Source: Octopus bimaculoides (Eukaryota). From it: DNA of 39,857 bases. The stretch's first letter is position 1. Every line of letters starts with the position of its first letter. The position numbers and the translations under genes were made by a program. Positions 1-12,179 of this stretch are shown here, piece after piece. Below the pieces are notes generated by a model. It searched no databases. It was given only the letters and a program-made list of their open reading frames with translations, and was not told the origin of the DNA. The DNA is taken from positions 46,152,254 through 46,192,110 of the forward strand of contig NC_068989.1 of the NCBI RefSeq assembly GCF_001194135.2. Direction: 5' to 3'.

Positions 1-108
1 TGCCAGGAGTAAAAGAAGCAAAAGAAGGGCTGAGAGAAAAAAATAGTGCTTGCAGCGAAACGTAGTTACTTAAAAATATAATTTGTAATATAGATATATA
101 TGTCTGTA

Positions 109-195
109 CGTGTGTGTGTGCGTGTGTGTCTGTGTGTGTTTGTGTGTGTTTGTGTGTGTGTGTGTCTGTGCGTGTGTGTGTGTGTGTGTGCGTGT
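109..195. repeat. imperfect (TG)n microsatellite
   Basis: Directly visible; explains the CVCVCV ORFs. Confidence 0.95.
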
Positions 196-208
196 ATGCA
201 TACATATG

Positions 209-243
209 CAGTGTGACTCAATCCGGAACCTTGTCGTTGGGAA
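209..243 (-). mobile_element. SINE family A head fragment
   Basis: Reverse complement resembles the tRNA-like head (ccaaccacatggttccgggttcagtcccactgc) of the copy at 34278. Confidence 0.6.
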
Positions 244-486
244 ACAAACCTTTTATTTCTTTACTGACCACAAGGGGCTACACACAGAGGGGACAAACAA
301 GGGCAGACAAACGGATTAAGTCGATTATATCGACCCCAGTGCGTAACTGGTATTTATTTAATCGCCCCCAAAAGGATGAAAGGCAAAGTCGACCTCGGCG
401 GAATTTGAACTCAGAACGTAGCGGCAGACGAAATACCACTAAGCATTTCGCCCGGTGGGCTAACATTTCTGCCAGCTCGCCGCCTT
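244..486 (-). mobile_element. tRNA-derived SINE family B, near full length
   Basis: Minus strand begins ggcggcgagctggcagaaatgttagc and has a B-box-like gagttcaaattccgcc; aligns end to end with 32680-32911. Confidence 0.85.
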
Positions 487-532
487 ACAAACCTCTTACC
501 ATACGCACATTCCTGATATATCTGACTTCATA

Positions 533-546
533 CATACACACGCACA

Positions 547-600
<54 letters not shown>

Positions 601-618
601 TATATATATATATATATA
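533..618. repeat. (CA)n plus (TA)n microsatellite
   Basis: Directly visible. Confidence 0.95.
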
Positions 619-774
619 AGAAAAAGAAATTAAAGAGGGAAAATGCACACACTTTACATAGTTTTGACATAATTTTTAATATATCTTATATTGTGTTTGT
701 CGACCGGTTTCGCTTTTGCCAATCGTAATATTAAAATTTATTTAAATACGTATTTTCTTAAGAAAAGTTGCTTT

Positions 775-816
775 AGACAGACAGACAGACAGAGACAGAC
801 AGACAGACAGACAGAC

Positions 817-880
<64 letters not shown>
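775..880. repeat. (GACA)n/(GATA)n microsatellite
   Basis: Directly visible. Confidence 0.95.
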
Positions 881-1394
881 CGGGAGACCTACAAAGCGTT
901 ATACACAATGCACTTCACTCTATGAATAAACGGCAAAAAACGTCAGAGAGCCTTTCATCGTATTATTTCTATTGTACAAGATTCAGTGGCAATACAAATG
1001 TTGTTAGAAGTGTGTTTGTATACAATCACTTTATGTCTATATTTGAACACATGCTTTCAGTTTCTTTTGATAGATTATACGCAGTACATATGTACTTAAA
1101 ACAAGACCGAACGTACAACGTATAATCGAATGCAGATTAGTGCAGATCAGATTGACGGGCATGGTATAAAGTGCGTCCTAATTAATATCCGCGACATTTT
1201 GTTCAAGTGGGAAAAGGCTATAACTATATTATCGTTTTTATAGAGCTGCATGTTTGAGAGACCATTGATAAAAAGATCAACTACCACGAGATAGTGTGGG
1301 AAGTGATTGAGACAAATGTTCTACTGTATACTATTTTGTATGTGAACCGACATGATTGAAACTTTTAGAAAATATAATTCGTGTAGGTGTTTTA

Positions 1395-1665
1395 TAATGT
1401 AATCAAAAGAATGCCTTTTTTGGCGAATTCGGTGAGAACTTTAGGAATTCCGTGAGGGCTTTCCCTTTTGTTATGACAATAGATAACTCTTTATAGAGAA
1501 TCCTTTTTACCATTTGAAATCTGTAGCAGAAATGGAGAGCTATTAGTGAGTCATATTTTAGTTTTTCATTGTCAAATTTTCAGTGAGTAAACAAACCTTT
1601 TCAATGAAACAAAAAGTTATAAGTGGGTTTTATTTTAAAACAATGTAATGCATAACGAATTTTCT
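1395..1665 (+). repeat. left arm of a diverged long inverted repeat (partner 3328-3640)
   Basis: 1424-1450 gaattcggtgagaacttttaggaattc versus reverse complement of 3585-3610 gaattcggtcagaactttaggaattc; 1632-1661 versus reverse complement of 3332-3361 matches 26/30. Confidence 0.7.
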
Positions 1666-2126
1666 AAAAAACTAGATTAATTTTTCAGACAGTGACGGAT
1701 GAACCTCATAAAATTCATCGCATAATTTATTGCATCTAAGCTTTCACCTACCAGTAAACTAAGTGTGGCTGTGAACTCTCACCTTCTTCCATAGATGCTG
1801 ATCTCGTTTTAAAGTAAACCTTAAAGCACAATGTCTAAATGCTACAATCATTGCATGAATTCTTTAATCTATAGCATTGTTCCTTAAGCAACTAAGACGC
1901 ACAAATTAAATATTATCTCGCTATAAGGAACATTATAAGCGTCACTTGCGAGGGAGCATAACCTGATTGCTTGTAGTATGTTTTCGCTAATTTCTTTGGG
2001 TGTATATGTAGTCGCGAGCAAATATAGACACTATCTCGTCCCATCTACTCTTCCTTTTCATCCACTAGTTCATTGACAATATGGCAGGGAAAGACAACAA
2101 CACGAGCTGTCGACTAGCACTTTTTT

Positions 2127-2235
2127 CCCGGGTGGATAGTCTGGAATAACGAGAATGAAGTGCATTGATCAAGGACAAAATTTACCACATAGTCCAGGAA
2201 CTAAATATTCAACTTAAGGATCGTGAGCCCAAGTT
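2127..2235 (-). mobile_element. degenerate SINE family C head/central fragment
   Basis: Reverse complement resembles 8858-8960 (tRNA-like head plus cacttcatt...ccag...cacccg). Confidence 0.45.
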
Positions 2236-3327
2236 AATTATTTGGTCTCGACTTTTCACAACACTTACATAATGTATAACTTTCTTGGGAGACAAACATT
2301 TATATAGTATAAAGATGTGTTTAATATAAACTTACTTCTGGAACAGTTTCACTTAACGAAGTAATGTTAAAGTAGAAACTGTTTAAAATAATGTTTCTTG
2401 CCTACTTACCGTTTAAAAATCGAGATTTTATTTAATATTGATGCTTAATACGATGATGTCTGTAATATATTAATAATAAACTATTGCATTTAACCGATTT
2501 ATTTATGAGAAGAAATAATGATTAAGTTCTGTTATATAACGAATTTCATGCACCGAAATAGAGAAGCAGAATGACAAATCTATAATAATTGACATCCGAC
2601 AAAAATAAAAGTAAATTTGTCCATTTACCGATGCCATTCATTTTGATTATTGTAATTTATCTAATTTAAAGTGTATTGCATTTCAGAAGTATTCTGAGAT
2701 TTGGATTAACCTTAAATATTCAGTCGTCCATGAAACCCGAAAGGATTATAATTAAATTGGTGATAACTTAGATAAGTTTTGGTCATTATTAGCACAGGCC
2801 ATGTCTCACCTAACAGCACTACTTGGTGAAGTATTTTATATAATATTTTTAAACATCATAGCCTGTATGAGAAGGGAGTTGTTGTTGGCCGAAATGTAAA
2901 GGTAACACAGTGGTTTGTCTGGTATTTCTCAGAGAAATTTGTCGTGTTACTGTTAGCTAGTTAAGGAGTCTTTCTCTCCTTTGATTTTTGAGTAGAAGCA
3001 GACAAGTTGAAGTGTCGCAACGTTGTCATGTAGTATGAGCTCGATTTTTGTTGAAGGCGCATGGCACAGCGTTTGGCCTCGAGTGACTTATAAACTTAAC
3101 ACTAGCATCATTTGGACAACATCGATGGAATATTTGCCACTTTGTACCAATGATGTAGCGCTCTCAGAGGCGTTGCAGAGAACAGAGTTTGAACTTTTGG
3201 GAGGTTTGGTATTATAACTAAATGCTGCAGCATTTAGTTTGAGGCTCCTAAAACCGTAGGCCCCTAACATATGCTGCTCTTCCTACTAGATCAATCTGCC
3301 CTTAACTCAAGTAATAATTGTTTCCTT

Positions 3328-3640
3328 ATCGAATTCGTTACACATTTTATTGTTTTAAAATCAAAATGTTCCCAATTTTTTTGTTCCCTTCAAAATGTCT
3401 GCAAATTCATTGAAATTTAACAATAAACAACTGGAAAATGAGACTCTCATTTCTATACGTGTGTTAAATGCAGTATCTGACTCATAAATAACTCTTTTTG
3501 TTCTGGATATTAAATGTCATATAAAACAATGATTTGCCCCTCTCTATATATTTAGATATCTATTATCAGACCAAAGCTGAAACCGAATTCCTAAAGTTCT
3601 GACCGAATTCCAAACAAAAGCATTGTTTTGTATACTTTTT
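3328..3640 (-). repeat. right arm of a diverged long inverted repeat (partner 1395-1665)
   Basis: See left arm; this arm carries an extra segment of about 35 bp and repeated ccgaatt motifs. Confidence 0.7.
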
Positions 3641-4374
3641 AAATTACCCCCAAAATTTTAACCGAATTTGATCAAGAATTAGTTATATAAATAATTCCTA
3701 TTAATATTTTGAAATTAGGGGAAACAAATTCTTTCAGAAAAAAGTTAAATTACATGTGACTGAAAATCTATTATATCAATAATTACAATTATATATACAA
3801 CTAATTGTAGAACGTTCTTCAACAAAAGATTAATTATTTCGAAGGGAAACTAAGGACCATGGTGTAATTTAAAAATTGAAACTTAATCATAGAAGGGCGA
3901 TGAGCAGCGGAACCGTCATGCAGTAGACGAGATACCTTACTGTATTATCATCCCCATGCTTTGTCAGTTCAAGTGCCATTATTGTCTACTACTCATTTCA
4001 TCACTCCTGGGTCGCTAAAATAAGTATTTCGAAAGCAGACTATATTCTAACGACTGTTTCTCTATTCTAACTGAAGTTTATGTATTGCTGGTACTAACAT
4101 CAAAATAAGAGATGAACATTTGGGGATTTTAACAAATGCATAAGGAAACAAAACCAGGCATTTAATCGGCCATTTTTTTCCTTCTCAAAGCCGTCATAAA
4201 AGGATTCGGAAAAAGAGAACGAGTCTACGCATTTTAGGAACAAGTATTGTCCATCCCAATATGTAACTGATATTTATTTGATAGACTTTAGGAGAAATAA
4301 CCTTTGCGTTATCTTTGGTTGGCGTTCAAATAAAAACGCAGAAGAGACGCAAATGCTAAAAGATATTTTGTCCA

Positions 4375-4420
<46 letters not shown>

Positions 4421-4446
4421 GTAATAATAATAATAATAATAATAAC
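4375..4446. repeat. (AAT)n microsatellite
   Basis: Directly visible. Confidence 0.95.
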
Positions 4447-4650
4447 ATTCGACCTGAAGAAAATTCTAACTGGGCCCCACCTGCAAGGTCATGCATTGTT
4501 TATCTTGATATGAGATCCCCATGTCGCGCACACATGGTTGTGATGCATGTGCCTGGTGTACCTTTATCAGACGGGTAGTCATGATGGGTATAATGGGCTT
4601 CGTATATTTTACCTCAGTGTCACTTTGATGGCGTGCACTGCTCTCTCACT
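4447..4650 (+). mobile_element. 3' end of an unclassified non-LTR retroelement embedded in (AAT)n
   Basis: GC-richer 200-bp segment ending gctctctcactc directly into (AAT)n and preceded by (AAT)n; no recognisable ORF. Confidence 0.55.
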
Positions 4651-4651
4651 C

Positions 4652-4711
<60 letters not shown>
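4651..4711. repeat. (AAT)n microsatellite
   Basis: Directly visible (poly-N ORF artefact). Confidence 0.95.
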
Positions 4712-4850
4712 TTTGACTCAAGGCTAGTAATTTTCGGGGGAAGCAGGAGAAGAAGATCGATCGACCTCAATACTTGACTGGTACTTTATTTTGTCGACCC
4801 TAAAAGAATGAAAAGTATTCTCGGTGAGATTAGAACTTAGAGTCGGCAAT
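4712..4850 (-). mobile_element. SINE family B fragment
   Basis: Contains gactggtactttattttgtcgaccctaaaagaatgaaa, shared with 340-395, 16980 and 17080. Confidence 0.7.
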
Positions 4851-4882
4851 GTATTTTTACCGTTGCTATAATGAATCTGCCA

Positions 4883-4953
4883 ATGATGATGATGACAATG
4901 ATGATGATGATAATGATGATGACGACGACGACAGCAATGAGGATGATGATGAT
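4883..4953. repeat. (GAT)n/(GAC)n microsatellite
   Basis: Directly visible. Confidence 0.9.
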
Positions 4954-6518
4954 TTGTGGTGGGGGTTATATAAAATCGGATTATGAAGGGAAATGCGGGA
5001 GAAATAAATTTAGAAGTATATGAACAACGAACTAATGATACAGTTTTCCTAATACAGCAGAACCAATTGAGTAAACGCTACAGATCCAGAACTACTCTAA
5101 TTACCAACGGTACTTACTTTCACCAAAATGTTGTTTTCCAGTCAACAGGCGAATGTAAACAAATATTTGTAATGCATTATGCCTGTTGTCAAACCTATTC
5201 TGCCAATCCAGTAACCTTAACCAGCACCACTACAATAAATGTTTTAATCAATAATATGTATTTCTACAGCCGCAATGATCAATATAACGCGCAACTAACT
5301 ATTAGTGCCTAAATGACCCACTTTTAGACAAATTCAGCGGAGGAGAGCACTTCACTCCACATCCTCATTTTCCTTTCCAAGTGGAACTTGACAAAGATAA
5401 TGAAGGTTTAGCTAAAAAGTAAAGTCTCTGTCTTTAATCCTCTCTCGGCCTCGTCCACCACACTGCCTTTTTCATCATGAACACTTGACATGAATAAACT
5501 TCCTGTCCTGCACTATTAAAATTAAGCGATGGGATGACCTTCACGATGGGTTCAGCCGATAACAGGATACGTTCTACACGTACTAATTGTTGGTCGACAA
5601 CCATGTGGTTACTTGGTAAACATCATATATAGAGTATGCAAACAATACAATTATAAACTGACTACATCATTTCTGGTTGTTCAGTCCCTGCAAAAATCAG
5701 CAGCTATTCCCTATAAGCAAGAGACCATCCCTTGGACGTGACAACTAATAAAAATTGTTTTAACCTGTACCAAAACACGGAACATACCTACAACGAGATC
5801 ACAGTCTTCTGAGACATGCCTGTACTGACATAAGGACGAAGGCAGAGATATATAAGCATCAACTGTTGAGGTTGTCAACAACTGGATGTAGCATTTCTGT
5901 ATTCTAATAAATATCTTAATCTATATTCTCAGGAATGCATAGTTCAAAAGGAAGTCATCAAACAATCAGAGCACAAGATCTGGTTTTATGTAAGATTTGC
6001 ATATGCTAGTAAGAATTATTAGAGCACTCGGTGTGATAAAAGAAAAACAACGTGAGCAAAACATGAAAACTATACAGAGCTCGGAGATTTGCACATATTC
6101 ACAAAAATAGCTAACCCTACTATACGTGTCTCGCATAGTACCTAAGCCAATTTCAAATCAGTGATATACCCAAAACAGTAACTCCTCTGCACACTAATTA
6201 ATTTGTACGACTATCTTCCAAATCAAAAATAAATATAATTCATACAATATACACTCTACACAATTACTATCCAATAATAAAACATAAACCACACAACACA
6301 TTCAGCACATGATCATGATATAGTAATATAACACAACATGCACTATTACATGATCGACAGCGAGCATTATACCACTGACAGTTCACACAATTCATATTCA
6401 ACAGACTTGTCATCTAATAATATACCACAAAACATATAGTAATCAACTCTTAGACCTGAGAGTCGATTGTGTTCTTAAGCAAAGCACCTCATTTCGTATT
6501 GTTCCAGTCTACTTATAT

Positions 6519-6886
6519 GTTGTTGTTGTTGGCACTCCGTCGCTTACGGCGTCGAGGGTTCCAGTTGATCCAATCAACGGAACAGCCTGCTCATGAAATT
6601 AACGTGCAAGTGGCTGAGCACGGTTCTCGGGGTTATTCAGCATGACACAGAGTGTGAAAAGGCTGGCCCTTTGAAATACAGGTACAGCAGAAACAGGAAG
6701 AAAGAGTGAGAGAAAGTTATGGTGAAAGAGTACAGCAGGGTTCGCCACCACCCCCTGCCGGAGCCTCGTGGGGCTTTATGTGTTTTCGCTCAATAAACAT
6801 TCACAACGCCCGGTCTGGGAATCGAAACCGCGATCCTATGACCGCGAGTCCGCTGCCCTAACCACTGGACCATCGCGCCTCCACTA
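6519..6886 (-). mobile_element. tRNA-derived SINE with family C tail and (CAA)n end
   Basis: Minus-strand head ggaggcgcgatggtccagtggttagggcagcgg...ggtttcgattccc has A/B-box-like motifs; the tail at 6531-6621 is about 90% identical (9 mismatches in 91) to 9061-9151; ends in (CAA)n. Confidence 0.85.
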
Positions 6887-7233
6887 CTTATATGTAAATA
6901 CCAGAAAGATGAAAGTGTGGCTTTTTCGTCTTCCCTCTTCAATTTTTTTCCAGAGGCAAAGGTAGGATAGTCATGTCTATTCACGATTACATTAGCGGTT
7001 AAAACTGATAGCGAAAGCTGTATATATGTTGCGAGACTATATTAGCTCGAAAGAGACGGCTGACTGTACACAAAAAATGCATTACATAAAATTCACACTC
7101 AAGTTAACTCAGGCAATGCATGTAGAATACAACGATCTTTGCGCAAATAAAAGTATAAATATAAACAACTATAGATCCAATACTTTGAGCACAAACATAT
7201 GCATTCCAAAAGATGAAAAATATATTAAGTGTA

Positions 7234-7297
<64 letters not shown>

Positions 7298-7432
7298 TGA
7301 ATAATAATACGGGGAAAAGAAAAACATGCTACTGGCATATAAAATTACAAAATTAAAACTAAATTTATTTCATTGTATAAATTAATAGCTATAAACTTAC
7401 TAGTGGTGTAAGCAATTAAAGTATATATTAGA

Positions 7433-7833
7433 AACTAGCTGGGCCCCGTGCCATCAAATATGACGGGTAATTGTAGTATTTTATATATAAATAAGGTACA
7501 AAATAAGGTACATAATAGTCACAGGTACAAATATCCACATACTTCCCATGTACACGCAAACACATAAACACATATACTCACACAGAGTTGAAACGCTGTT
7601 TGATTTTTCCTTTCACCGTTGAATGTTCACCATCCCACTTCCATTGCATACACACACACACACACACATTCACATGACTCCCTTTTATATGCACACACAT
7701 ATACTCACGCATCATCCATCATCTCACTAAGTTTGCTATCACCCCTTCCCTCCTTATTCATCTATCACCCTTTGTTTTCTCATTCACATGTTGTGACGAA
7801 AAAATACACAAGGGTATTATTATAGTAGAAGAT
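7433..7833 (+). mobile_element. possible non-autonomous Helentron/Helitron2-type element
   Basis: Starts aactag followed by a short palindrome cccgt...acggg, has internal CA-rich repeats, and ends ttattatagtagaagat, an architecture like DINE-1/HINE elements. Confidence 0.4.
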
Positions 7834-8857
7834 ATGGATGGTAAATCAAATTAATACATTTGTTAATATTCACACATATTCACATACTTCCCTTGTACAC
7901 TCACGCACACATATAATCACACACATACACATGCACTACACCAAACACCTTTATATATATATATATNNNNNNNNNNTATATATATATATATAGTCAATTC
8001 AAATAAAAAAAAACAATTCAAATAAATGAATAATAAAACAAAATTAACGAATAGGAGGGCGTGCACAAGGAATGTATTAGCTTGGCCCTCGGTAAAAATA
8101 GAGAGTTTAACGTTTCGACCATAGCTCTTCGTCGGAAAGGATAAAAGGTAAAGTCCAAAGAAGTAAAAGAAATCGCCAACGGCTCGTGTGTATACATTGC
8201 TGACACTATACACATAAATATATGTGCTTTGTGAATTCAATTAATACAATTTAAAATAAACTATTATTGTCATAATACACGTTACAGGCAATCAAGGGAG
8301 GAACAGCTCATTCAAATAAACAATGAGTTTCTACTCCACGTACTTACAAGAGAATTTAACCCAAGAAAGGAAAAGAGAGATACGAAGTTGATTAACTAAT
8401 TAGAGGAGATGAAAACAAGAAAATATATTTCGTATAGATATGAATGTAATTAAAATACTAAGATTAATGGTTCAAATTTTCAACAATTATTATTATTGGT
8501 TTTGGTTAAGGTAGGTGCAACCCTATAGGAAACGATCCCAAATCTTTTTTTTTTTTTTGCCCGATATGAGAGACAATATTTCCACGAACCAAGAGATCAC
8601 GCGCATAACAAGCCACAATAACGTATATAACATATAACTTAACTCTTACATATATACGTATTCAGTGCAAAAGCAACCCGGCAGACGGTGACAGTCAGTA
8701 AAATAGAATCAATAAAAGAGAATTTTAAATTTTTAATTTCTTGGGCAGCCAGTTACTGGTCCGCATTTAGCTAGTTGAGGATCCCCTGCTATAGGACATA
8801 GCTACAATAAAACTGATGTGTGCATTCTCTAAGGCGTCCATAGTGGATGTGCTAGAT

Positions 8858-9151
8858 TAAGTGATTAGCTCAAGATCGTGAAGTCGTGAGTTCAAAATCT
8901 GATGGCTTGTGACTTGAGCTAGGCACTTTATTTCCCATTGCTCCAGCCCACTCAGCTGGTAAAAATGATTAGTATCTGTATTTCGAATGGTCAGCCTTGT
9001 CATATTTATGTCACGCTCAGTCTCCCCGAGGACAACGCTAAGGGCACGCGTGTTTGTGGAGTGCTCTGCAACTTGCACGTTAATTTCACGAGCAGGCTGT
9101 TCCGTTGATCGGATCAACTGGAACACTCGTCGTCGTAACCGATGGAGTGCC
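8858..9151 (+). mobile_element. tRNA-derived SINE family C
   Basis: Head with gtgagttcaaaatc, central gtgacttgagctaggcactttatttcccattgctccagcccactcagctgg, and a tail shared with 6531-6621. Confidence 0.85.
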
Positions 9152-9564
9152 AGTTTTTTTATAGTGAGCCAACCAAAGTGCCACTTGGGGAATGCTTACG
9201 ATACTGTATCTCTCTGGCATACCAACGTGGGAGATGCTTAATGGCTAGTCAGTGATTGCATCGTCAACGGCGAGCTTATGAAGACGCCTATTAGCGATGA
9301 GCTAACGAGTACGACGACAATGAGTGCTAAATACAAGAATTCTTAGATGATTTGTATCCCATGAATTGATATTGAGGTAGTATATTTCATTGAAGGAATA
9401 GCATATAGCCTGGCATTTGATTTGGTGTAAATAGCAACCAAACGTTTCTAGAATCATATTCTGCCAGTAGTTAAAAGGAGGCACTGCGTAATATACACCA
9501 TGGTTCATTAGGGATATTTCTTCAGACACTGGAACGTTTTTAAATCAAGAAAATGCTGAGTCTT

Positions 9565-9970
9565 TCATGTCACGTAAAACAAGTCAATAATCATTTGGCC
9601 TGTTTGATGTCACATAATGCATTAGTCAATTACTATTTTCACCATTTGGCATCACATAAAACATTAACCACTTTGTAAATTGATTGATTGGTGTCGCATA
9701 AAACATTACTCAAGTACCATGTGGACTGCTTGGTATCACATAAAGCATTAATCAGTTAGCTTGGTGTCAAAAAGACATTAGTCGATTTAGTCAATTAACA
9801 TATCGACTATTTGGTGTCACAAGAATCATTAGTCAGTTAGCGGTCTGGTTATTTGGTGGCATATAAATCATTAATCAGTTACCATATCAACTATTTGGTA
9901 TCATAAAATCATAAGTCGAATTTAATCAATGAACATATTGACTATTTAGAGTCACACAACATTAGCCAAT
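9565..9970. repeat. degenerate minisatellite, about 10 units of 31-50 bp (mode about 42)
   Basis: Recurring core TTGGTGTCACATAAAnCATTAnTCA at about 9565, 9602, 9645, 9688, 9730, 9761, 9811, 9853, 9895 and 9945. Confidence 0.85.
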
Positions 9971-11418
9971 TAAACAGAGAGAACAGAGAGGGTAGTTCTC
10001 TTACTAACACACAGACAAACTACACTGCAACGAAAAATACTCTCCGACCAAGCTATTTCCTCAAACCGTTATCTCTATCGTTACTAAAAGGGCTTTTACT
10101 CCTCAGTTCTGACTGTTCCTATGCCCCCACTATACATTGTTTCCAACATTAATCACCCTTTTGTCATCTACATGATGGCAACACAACTTCAAACCAACCA
10201 TCAATCATTACATCATATCCTTTTCCCCCCGAAAATCTTCCCCATCAAATTCATCGTTGCTCATGATGTATCCAGTTGCCGGCTTAACGCCAACCACATA
10301 TACACGCACACATACATACATACATACACATAGACACACACACAAACACAGTCACACACACACACACACATATATAAGATAAACTTCCTTGGAAATGGAT
10401 GCGTGGCGTTCAATCAAATAATAATATAAATAATATAAATAATATATATGTATATGCACAAACACATTATANNNNNNNNNNNNNNNNNNNNNNNNNNNNN
10501 NNNNNNNNNNNNNNNNNNNNNNNNNNNNNNNNNNNNNNNNNNNNNNNNNNNNNNNNNNNNNNNNNNNNNNNNNNNNNNNNNNNNNNNNNNNNNNNNNNNN
10601 NNNNNNNNNNNNNNNNNNNNNNNNNNNNNNNNNNNNNNNNNNNNNNNNNNNNNNNNNNNNNNNNNNNNNNNNNNNNNNNNNNNNNNNNNNNNNNNNNNNN
10701 NNNNNNNNNNNNNNNNNNNNNNNNNNNNNNNNNNNNNNNNNNNNNNNNNNNNNNNNNNNNNNNNNNNNNNNNNNNNNNNNNNNNNNNNNNNNNNNNNNNN
10801 NNNNNNNNNNNNNNNNNNNNNNNNNNNNNNNNNNNNNNNNNNNNNNNNNNNNNNNNNNNNNNNNNNNNNNNNNNNNNNNNNNNNNNNNNNNNNNNNNNNN
10901 NNNNNNNNNNNNNNNNNNNNNNNNNNNNNNNNNNNNNNNNNNNNNNNNNNNNNATATATATATATATATATATATAGGGACATACGTATATATACATATA
11001 TGCGTGTGCGTTAATGTGACGTGCATGTTTGCTTACTTAGATACAGTATGTATGCGTAAACTAAGTTAACTAAGAAAAATGTAATGATTCACTGTAGCAA
11101 GATGGCCGATTCTTTTGGCAAGATTCCACAATTATCCTTGCATCCATTTTGTGTTGATTGTATTTTTCTAACCCTTGTCTATTTAGTTTTCATTCACTAG
11201 CAGAATAAACGTGGCAAACACACGTCAATCTAAGAAACGTTATATTCATACACGCAGATATACATTCATGCATACATGCATGCATACATACACTCACATA
11301 CACACATGTTCACAGACATGTACAGATACATTTGTATGCATATATGTGCATATATACTGGGTAAGTATATCCGGCTATATATACATATATATGAGCCTGT
11401 GTTTTTATACGCTTGCAA

Positions 11419-11485
<67 letters not shown>

Positions 11486-11952
11486 GCAGGAGAAAGCAGT
11501 GAGTCTCGGTGTATATGTCCTGAATAAATACATCTCTGTTTGTTCCCCTTGAAAGATTCTATCTACATTTAAAGCTATTATTTACATTACAACTGAAAGC
11601 TTGTCATACTATATAGTAACATTCTAACGAACTAATCTGCTCAACAATTCTTCGCAACGATTTTGGCATTAGCCAAATTTCTTTATTTACCTGAGTTCTA
11701 TCAACTAGAGGTAAAATTGCAGTCTTTTCAGACAAGTAAGGAGAACTTAAATGTTTTTCTTCCAAAAATTTGTGGATAATATCTATCAAACTTTTCACTT
11801 GAGATTTAGCCAAAGGTTATTCAACGTGAAGTTTTCAGAAACGTAGCATGTTATATATACATAGATAATAAATAGACATAGATAATGGGTGAATATGTGT
11901 CTCATAGATATGTGCGTGCGTGTGTATGTGTGTGTGTGTGTGTGTGTTTGCT

Positions 11953-12000
<48 letters not shown>

Positions 12001-12016
12001 CGTGTTTATATTTCAA

Positions 12017-12179
12017 TTTCTGGCACAAGTTTGGCAATTTCAGGAGAAGGGCTGGGTTGAGTACATCGACCCCATGTGCAACTGATACTTATTATATCGA
12101 TCCCGGCTGAATTTGAACTCAGAACGTTAAGACGGAAGAAAAGCCGCTAAGCCAACGATTCTTCCAGCTCACCGCCTTA
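12017..12179 (-). mobile_element. SINE family B, internally deleted
   Basis: gaatttgaactcagaacgttaagacggaagaaaagccgctaag...ccagctcaccgcctt matches the head at 400-486. Confidence 0.8.

Noticed and set aside
3936-4014. Possible minus-strand exon (ttattttag|...ATG MALELTKHGDDNT|gtaag)
   Set aside because: Short, no homology recognised, and no compatible downstream exon found.
5100-5500. Minus-strand peptides vaguely like Tc1 transposase (FVKFHLERKMRMWSEVLSSAE; GRIGLTTGIM..LENN)
   Set aside because: Spacing and catalytic residues do not fit, there are many stops and no TIRs; would need an HMM hit.
5777-5885. Possible minus-strand exon KCYIQLLTTSTVDAYISLPSSLCQYRHVSEDCDLVV|gtatgt
   Set aside because: Splice-like signals and a 36-codon open frame are within chance expectation; no recognisable protein.
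6800-6886. tRNA gene calls for tRNA-like heads (also 20190-20280, 32515-32597, 34278-34345)
   Set aside because: They are attached to SINE bodies and lack a full cloverleaf.
9565-9970. CRISPR-like repeat-spacer appearance
   Set aside because: Eukaryotic context, degenerate repeats, related inter-repeat segments and no cas genes; it is a minisatellite.
11604-11813. Protein-like minus ORF AKSQVKSLIDIIHKFLEEK with a CAG|gtaaat donor
   Set aside because: In-frame stop just upstream, no ATG and no convincing acceptor.
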